64,000 nucleotides of DNA, from NCBI GenBank assembly GCA_963707655.1, contig OY970172.1, positions 192,001 through 256,000 of the forward strand, given 5' to 3'. Below the pieces are notes generated by a model, which was not told where the DNA came from, searched no databases, and worked only from the letters and a program-made list of their open reading frames with translations. Position 1 is the stretch's first letter. Each line of letters begins with the position of its first letter. The translations under genes and the position numbers were made by a program. Shown piece by piece: positions 58,759 to 64,000 of the stretch. The stretch comes from an uncultured bacterium (lineage in GTDB: Bacteria > Babelota > Babeliae > Babelales > Vermiphilaceae).

Positions 58759-60212
58759 AAGCAATCCTTATAGCTAGAGTAAGCACCGAAGAACAAAGAG
58801 AAGCCGGCAATTCATTACCTGCCCAGGTAGCACGGCTCGAAAGATACTGCCAAACAAAAGGCTTTAAGGTTGCACAAATTTGTAGCTTTGATGAAAGCGC
58901 CTATACCAATGATCGCTCAGAGTTTGACCGTATAATTGATATCATTTTGGCTCAAACGGAAAAGACCGCTGTTTGCTGCGATAAAGTGGATAGGCTTTCC
59001 CGGAATGTGTTTGATAAGCGTATCTCCATCCTTTATGAAAGAGCTTTAAATGATCAGATAGAACTGCATTTTGTATCCGATGGCCAGATCATTACCAGCC
59101 GTATCTCTGCCGTGGAAAAATTCCAATTCAGCATCAGTCTGGGCTTAGCGAAGTACTATTCAGATGCCATCAGCGATAACGTCAAGCGTGCATTGGAACA
59201 AAAGCTCCGCAGGGGAGAATGGCCAGCCATGGCTCCCTTTGGCTATAAAAATATCACTAAGGCTGATGGCAATACCGATATCATTATGGATGAGTATGAA
59301 GCGCATATTATAAGAACCATATTCGAGTACTATGCCACGGGTGGCTATTCAATCGATCTGCTGCGTATAAAAATTAAAAATGACTATGGGCTCGATTGGG
59401 CCAAGGGGTATGTCTGGAAGATTCTTAACAACCATTTCTTCCACGGTATCATGATCGTAAAAGGGAAGTCATATCCCCATCGCTATCCAACCATCATCAC
59501 CCAGGCGCTCTTTGATCAGGTGCAAAAAGTAAAAGCCAGCTTTAATAAACAGCCGGTTAAATTTGCCGGGCTTCCTTTCATGTATCGCGGCCTTATCCGC
59601 TGTGAGCAGTGTGGATGCGCCATAACCCCCGAGAAGCACAAGGGGCACGTCTATTACCATTGTACTCAATATAACGGCAAGCATGGGGCAAAATGGCTGC
59701 GGGAAGAAAAGCTTACGGAACAACTGGTGGAGATTTTTAAAAGTCTTCAAATGCCAAAAGATGTATTGTTGCAAATAACCGAGACACTCAATGCGGTTCA
59801 TGAAGATAAAGTTGAGTTTCATGAGAAGGAATTTGATAAGCTCACTGCCGAACAGAAAATGATCTCCAAGATGATCGACAATCTCTACCTTGATAAACTG
59901 AAGGGGAGAATTACTGACAGCGAGTATGACAGATTTTACACATCGTTTAGAGATCAAATCACCGATATCAGTATCCGTCTTGAGAAATTACAAGAAGCCG
60001 AAGACAACTATTATGTTACGGCAAAATACCTACTGAATCTGGTTAATAGAGCTTTTGATGTATTTATGAGTTCTGAAGTGGAAGAAAAAAGGCAATTAAT
60101 CAAGTTTATACTATCGAACCTGAGACTAGATGATGAGAAACTGCTCTGGGACAGTGCAAAGCCATTTGATCTGATCCTAAATTGTTCGGATCGACAACAA
60201 TGGCGGAGCTGA
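58755..60212 (+). CDS. Large serine recombinase (integrase)
   Basis: ARVST catalytic Ser, DKVDRLSR, APFGY, CEQCG...YYHC zinc ribbon, coiled coil; stop lies inside tRNA-Asp. Confidence 0.95.
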   Translation: MKAILIARVSTEEQREAGNSLPAQVARLERYCQTKGFKVAQICSFDESAYTNDRSEFDRIIDIILAQTEKTAVCCDKVDRLSRNVFDKRISILYERALNDQIELHFVSDGQIITSRISAVEKFQFSISLGLAKYYSDAISDNVKRALEQKLRRGEWPAMAPFGYKNITKADGNTDIIMDEYEAHIIRTIFEYYATGGYSIDLLRIKIKNDYGLDWAKGYVWKILNNHFFHGIMIVKGKSYPHRYPTIITQALFDQVQKVKASFNKQPVKFAGLPFMYRGLIRCEQCGCAITPEKHKGHVYYHCTQYNGKHGAKWLREEKLTEQLVEIFKSLQMPKDVLLQITETLNAVHEDKVEFHEKEFDKLTAEQKMISKMIDNLYLDKLKGRITDSEYDRFYTSFRDQITDISIRLEKLQEAEDNYYVTAKYLLNLVNRAFDVFMSSEVEEKRQLIKFILSNLRLDDEKLLWDSAKPFDLILNCSDRQQWRS

Positions 60213-60278
60213 TGGGACTCGAACCCACGACCTTCCGCGTGACAGGCGGACGCTCTAACCAAACTGAGCTACAGCTCC
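60201..60278 (-). tRNA. tRNA-Asp(GTC)
   Basis: ggagctg/cagctcc, tccgc-ctGTCac-gcgga, GTTCGAG, CCA. Confidence 0.96.
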
Positions 60279-60300
60279 AAAAAAAGCTTTAAAAAGAGAA

Positions 60301-60376
60301 TGGCTCCTCGGGCAGGACTCGAACCTGCGACCTAACGATTAACAGTCGTTTGCTCTACCAACTGAGCTACCGAGGA
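60301..60376 (-). tRNA. tRNA-Asn(GTT)
   Basis: tcctcgg/ccgagga, aacga-ctGTTaa-tcgtt, CCA. Confidence 0.96.
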
Positions 60377-60407
60377 ACACTATTTCAAATCGCATTGATT
60401 TTTTTAA

Positions 60408-60484
60408 TGGTGGGCGGCACGGGATTCGAACCTGTGACCCCCAGTTTGTAAGACTGGTGCTCTAACCAACTGAGCTAGCCGCCC
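60408..60484 (-). tRNA. tRNA-Val(TAC)
   Basis: gggcggc/gccgccc, ccagt-ctTACaa-actgg, CCA. Confidence 0.96.
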
Positions 60485-60627
60485 CAATCAATGGACTTCA
60501 AAGATTTTAAATGAAAAGAACGTGAAAGTCAAAAGCTTTCTTAGTAAAATTAGTAAGAAAAATATAATATTTTTTGAGGCATTTGGGATGCACGATGAAA
60601 AATGCCATTTTTATCTCGTTATCATGC

Positions 60628-61455
60628 CTATGCTGTGGGCATGTATGAGCCGTCATGTTCAATAATTTGGCAATATTTTATGGCGCGCATATCAATCAAA
60701 GGCTCGGTGGTAATGGTGTAAAATAAGCCCTCTGTTTGGTATGAGCGTATTTTACCCAGAGCAAACCCTTTGGGGAAAATAAGGCCTTCACCACTTGAAA
60801 GAAGCAAGTCTTCATAGGCAATATGCGCTAAGTGGCTTACTTTGGTTAATGCGCCGGCATTCAGATCATTGAGGCCATTATAAATGCCACAGGCTTTTGT
60901 TTTGGCACAAGCAGTTGCAACTTTGCAGCTTTTATCGGTAACCAATATCACTTTGCTATACAGTGGATATACATCAACCACGCGGCCCACCAGGCAATTA
61001 TTATAAATCGCCACCATATCGGTTTTGATTCCTTTGCGTGAACCGGCGTCTATCAGAAAATAATGAGACTGTTCTGAAAATTGCTTGGTTAATATTTGGG
61101 CAATAAGAATTTTTTTATTAGTATAACGTTTTTTGAAATCGGTCAGTTCATCGATCTGGGTGTGATAATCGAGTAAGGCATTTAATTCGATATTTTCGTG
61201 CCACGCATTATCACGCTCAACGGTGGCCTTTTGCAGCGCTAGAGTTAATTCATCAACGGTGCGTCGCCGATCAAAAAAATTCTTCAAAGGAGCTACCGCG
61301 CCTCGTTGCATGATCAAGATTGGATACATAAAATAGGAAGAAGAATATTCAAGAAATCCGGGGGAAAAGTAAATGAGGCGGTCAACCACAAAATAGGAGA
61401 GGGCGACAACGATGACGCTCAACAAAAATCCTTTTTTTATGCTTCCTTTTTTCAC
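60628..61455 (-). CDS. mreC: Rod shape-determining protein MreC
   Basis: N-terminal TM, coiled coil, IDAG...G, LVGRV, SSG.G.IFPKG..LG. Confidence 0.9.
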   Translation of the reverse strand: MKKGSIKKGFLLSVIVVALSYFVVDRLIYFSPGFLEYSSSYFMYPILIMQRGAVAPLKNFFDRRRTVDELTLALQKATVERDNAWHENIELNALLDYHTQIDELTDFKKRYTNKKILIAQILTKQFSEQSHYFLIDAGSRKGIKTDMVAIYNNCLVGRVVDVYPLYSKVILVTDKSCKVATACAKTKACGIYNGLNDLNAGALTKVSHLAHIAYEDLLLSSGEGLIFPKGFALGKIRSYQTEGLFYTITTEPLIDMRAIKYCQIIEHDGSYMPTA

Positions 61456-61461
61456 TCTCTT

Positions 61462-62421
61462 TTATCCTCCAAATGATGCTAATACATCTTTAACTTCCTG
61501 AAGCTGTTGTGACTGTACCAATTGTGCGCGTATCCCCGCTGCATTTGGCAGCCCACGCAAGTAAAAGGGCAAATGCTTTCTAAAAGCAAATAGGCCCTTG
61601 GCCCCATAATAGGTTATCATCGAATCCAGATGTTTTATTGCATAATGCACTATCATTTTGGTGTCCGGTTGCCAGAGATTGCCCCTCGCATGTTCATTCA
61701 TTTCATGTAACTTCCATGGGCGGGCCCAAATGCCACGACCAATTAAAAATCCGTCAACGCCGGTTTGGTTATACACCAGTTGGGCGGTTTTAAAATTCAC
61801 CACACCGCCTGAAATAATAACCGGTATAGAAATAGCTTTTTTGACTTCCGCAGCCAAGGCATAATCAGGCTGTCCCTCAAATAGTTGCGTTTGCAGTCTG
61901 GGGTGAATGGCCAAAGCGTCAGCCCCACAATCTTGAATAAGACGGGCAATGTCCACTGCATTTTTTTGCTTAAAGCCGGCGCGAATTTTTACGGTGAAAG
62001 GAACGGGCAATAGTTGGCGAAACAGTTTGAGGATCTTTTCCAGGCGAGCAGGGTCAGCCATAAGCGCCGATCCTGAACCTGAGCCGATCACATTTCTTGC
62101 CGGGCAGCCGATATTAAGGTCAACCATATCAACCCCAGCGGCGAGAATTTTTTCAACAGCGGCTTCTATATAGTCAGTAGTATTCGCGGCGACTTGGTAA
62201 TTAAGCGGTCGCTCCAATTGGCTAAATTTTAATGATTTGGCGCCGCCAACATCATGAGCAACGCAGGCCACATGGCGCATCTCGGTGTACAGCAGCTCTT
62301 CGGGCGAAAATTCGCGCACCAGTTGTCGGAACGGAGAATCGGTAATGCCGTCTAGTGGCCCCCCAATAAAACGGGGAATGGCTATCGAGCCAATTTTAAA
62401 TTTTTCTTGCCAAAAATTCAT
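61462..62421 (-). CDS. tRNA-dihydrouridine synthase (DusB-like)
   Basis: P..GITD.PFR, TEM, DLNIGCP, GSGSALM, TVKIRAG, H.R, IGRG...PW. Confidence 0.92.
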   Translation of the reverse strand: MNFWQEKFKIGSIAIPRFIGGPLDGITDSPFRQLVREFSPEELLYTEMRHVACVAHDVGGAKSLKFSQLERPLNYQVAANTTDYIEAAVEKILAAGVDMVDLNIGCPARNVIGSGSGSALMADPARLEKILKLFRQLLPVPFTVKIRAGFKQKNAVDIARLIQDCGADALAIHPRLQTQLFEGQPDYALAAEVKKAISIPVIISGGVVNFKTAQLVYNQTGVDGFLIGRGIWARPWKLHEMNEHARGNLWQPDTKMIVHYAIKHLDSMITYYGAKGLFAFRKHLPFYLRGLPNAAGIRAQLVQSQQLQEVKDVLASFGG

Positions 62422-62598
62422 CAAAAATCTCTTAAAAAATGGGACATATAATCAAGTGATCCTTTTAGTATAAATGCAGAGTGGTAATGGTGCAATAAAT
62501 AGTTAAAAATTACGATACTATTGATTTGTTTATTTTCAACTTGCTAATGTATTTTTGTTGTTGTATGAGACTTTAATTGCCTTTAGGGGAGAATTCTG

Positions 62599-62901
62599 AT
62601 GAAAGTAAAAAATCTTGTATGCGGCATTGTTTTGATGATGGGCATACCGGTGTTTGCTGTTGCAAGCCCAGAAGTTGATAGGGCCAATGCAGAGATTTAT
62701 GCAGTATTTACCGATGCCAATAAAAAAATAGATCAACGTGACTATACCCAGGCAGGGGTATCTATAGAGAAGTTGAAAACAATGGCAAACGATGAACGCT
62801 ACAAAAAACTGGGTCTTGATAAAGATATTAACCGCAAGGTTACTTCGCTAGAAGGGGCATTGAAATTTGCCAAAAAGCATAAGCATGCTGGCGGAAAATA
62901 G
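62599..62901 (+). CDS. Small secreted helical protein
   Basis: GGGGAG RBS, signal peptide. Confidence 0.7.
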   Translation: MKVKNLVCGIVLMMGIPVFAVASPEVDRANAEIYAVFTDANKKIDQRDYTQAGVSIEKLKTMANDERYKKLGLDKDINRKVTSLEGALKFAKKHKHAGGK

Positions 62902-62939
62902 GTAGCAATTAAGGACGGGTGGCGTGAGTTGTTGCGGCG

Positions 62940-63749
62940 CTAATTGTGTTCTGATGGCATTTCTATGATCTCAAGAGTTTGTCTTTCGATTCTTTGCTTA
63001 AGCTTCCGCCATTTTTGTCGCGCTGACAACGTGTGTGTTTCTTGCGTGTAGAAGTACAGTCGTTTGATGATTCTATTTCTGACTTTGAGATATTGGGGAT
63101 TATACTCTTCTCCGGTTTCTTCTATTGTGCGCATTGCTCTCGCGGCGCAGTATAAATTCATGTCTGTCAGATCCGATATTAATGAATTGCGTATACCATT
63201 GTGTCCGAGCTCTTTTTGTTGTTTTGTTTGATCGGCATAATCTGCGTAGCGCAAAAAATATTCATTCAATTCGCAACACAGAACAGCATATATTCCTTCT
63301 TCATGGTCATTTTCATCATTAGGCATATAGAGCTCTTGCCAAGCTTTATGCGCAGCAATTGTTATAGAGACGTTGTCACCATCGATGGGTAGTAATTGCG
63401 CGGTTAACGCACTTTTTATTGTTGGTAATTCTTGAGCAAGAATCGCATCGTCAGCGAAACATTGTTTGATAAATCGTTTGTATGTCATCCCTTGTAAATG
63501 CAAATCGGGAAATTGCTGCACACGCTGAAGAATAGTACTCGTCTCTTGAGCGCTTATCTCTATCAATGATTTTCCTGCTATTATTCGATTTCTCCGCGCA
63601 TCTATACGTAGTGTATTGTTCATAATAGCGGTTAATAGTGCATTTGCTTTCTTATGGTCTATTGTCTGCTCTTGTGTGCCGGTACTATCCATAGCGCTGG
63701 CAGGGGATGCGATGATGAGTGAGGCAAAGATGAGGATAGTTTTTTTCAT
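62940..63749 (-). CDS. Secreted hypothetical protein
   Basis: Signal peptide ending ASA-MD. Confidence 0.72.
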   Translation of the reverse strand: MKKTILIFASLIIASPASAMDSTGTQEQTIDHKKANALLTAIMNNTLRIDARRNRIIAGKSLIEISAQETSTILQRVQQFPDLHLQGMTYKRFIKQCFADDAILAQELPTIKSALTAQLLPIDGDNVSITIAAHKAWQELYMPNDENDHEEGIYAVLCCELNEYFLRYADYADQTKQQKELGHNGIRNSLISDLTDMNLYCAARAMRTIEETGEEYNPQYLKVRNRIIKRLYFYTQETHTLSARQKWRKLKQRIERQTLEIIEMPSEHN

Positions 63750-64000
63750 GAAAATAGTTCCATTTTTTGAAACCCGTCATTTTGTGTTTTCTTGTTTGGC
63801 TATATTTTATCAAGCATGAGGCGCGATGCAAATATTTTTGACAGTTTGCTCTTTTTTGATTCAGGGGATCAGATCTCTCACGTGCATGGTCTTTCATGTA
63901 TCTGGTCACGCGCCCTGTTTTTTGTTCATTATTCAGCAGTATTCCAATTTTTTTACTTACGAGGGGGCAATGCTTTAAAAGCGGCATGTAAATATGTCAT

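Larger units (their letters stand above)
52946..60206. mobile_element. Serine-recombinase integrative element in the tRNA-Asp 3' end, with rolling-circle Rep
   Basis: TGGCGG at 52946-52951 and 60201-60206; recombinase runs into the tRNA; in-frame recombinase-like tail at left end; REP-like flank outside left end. Confidence 0.85.

Noticed and set aside
52946..60206. Complete prophage or ICE
   Set aside because: No capsid, terminase, Zot-like ATPase, relaxase-coupling or T4SS genes recognised.
60011..60262. 83-aa minus-strand ORF and other short antisense ORFs in the track
   Set aside because: They overlap tRNA-Asp or well-supported genes on the other strand; treated as shadow ORFs.
63685..64000. 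ORF at the window end
   Set aside because: Overlaps the start of the next gene, has no motif, and its context is cut off by the window edge.

Overview
AT-rich bacterial chromosome segment. The many signal-peptide orphans (often starting A-M-D/E after the signal), an ankyrin protein and an archaeal-type ATP-dependent ligase fit a protist-associated bacterium such as Ca. Dependentiae (Babeliae); that taxonomic call is inference. Bases 1-30.7 kb are mostly housekeeping: serS, hemW, tRNA-Leu, secD, tRNA-Met, pgsA, plsY, DNA ligase, photolyase, rsmG, MATE, gatCA, ABC transporters, HIT and ung, with small tandem arrays of secreted paralogues. One trio of these looks ubiquitin-like. Bases 30.8-60.2 kb are an accessory hotspot downstream of a tRNA-Val/Asn/Asp cluster, followed by mreC and dus. 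The main finding is a 7.26 kb element (52946-60206) inserted in the tRNA-Asp 3' end and bounded by TGGCGG repeats. Its large serine recombinase appears split by integration, with the missing C-terminal ~35 codons lying in frame at the far end of the element. It also carries a gpII/X-like rolling-circle Rep behind a conserved promoter, 32-aa leader ORF and terminator-like hairpin, three ~60-bp repeated sites that partition the cargo, and protease, Trypco-like and DUF2779 cargo genes. Two older relics of the same family lie at ~30.8-35.0 kb and ~44.7 kb. All family assignments come from reading motifs by eye; no searches were run.
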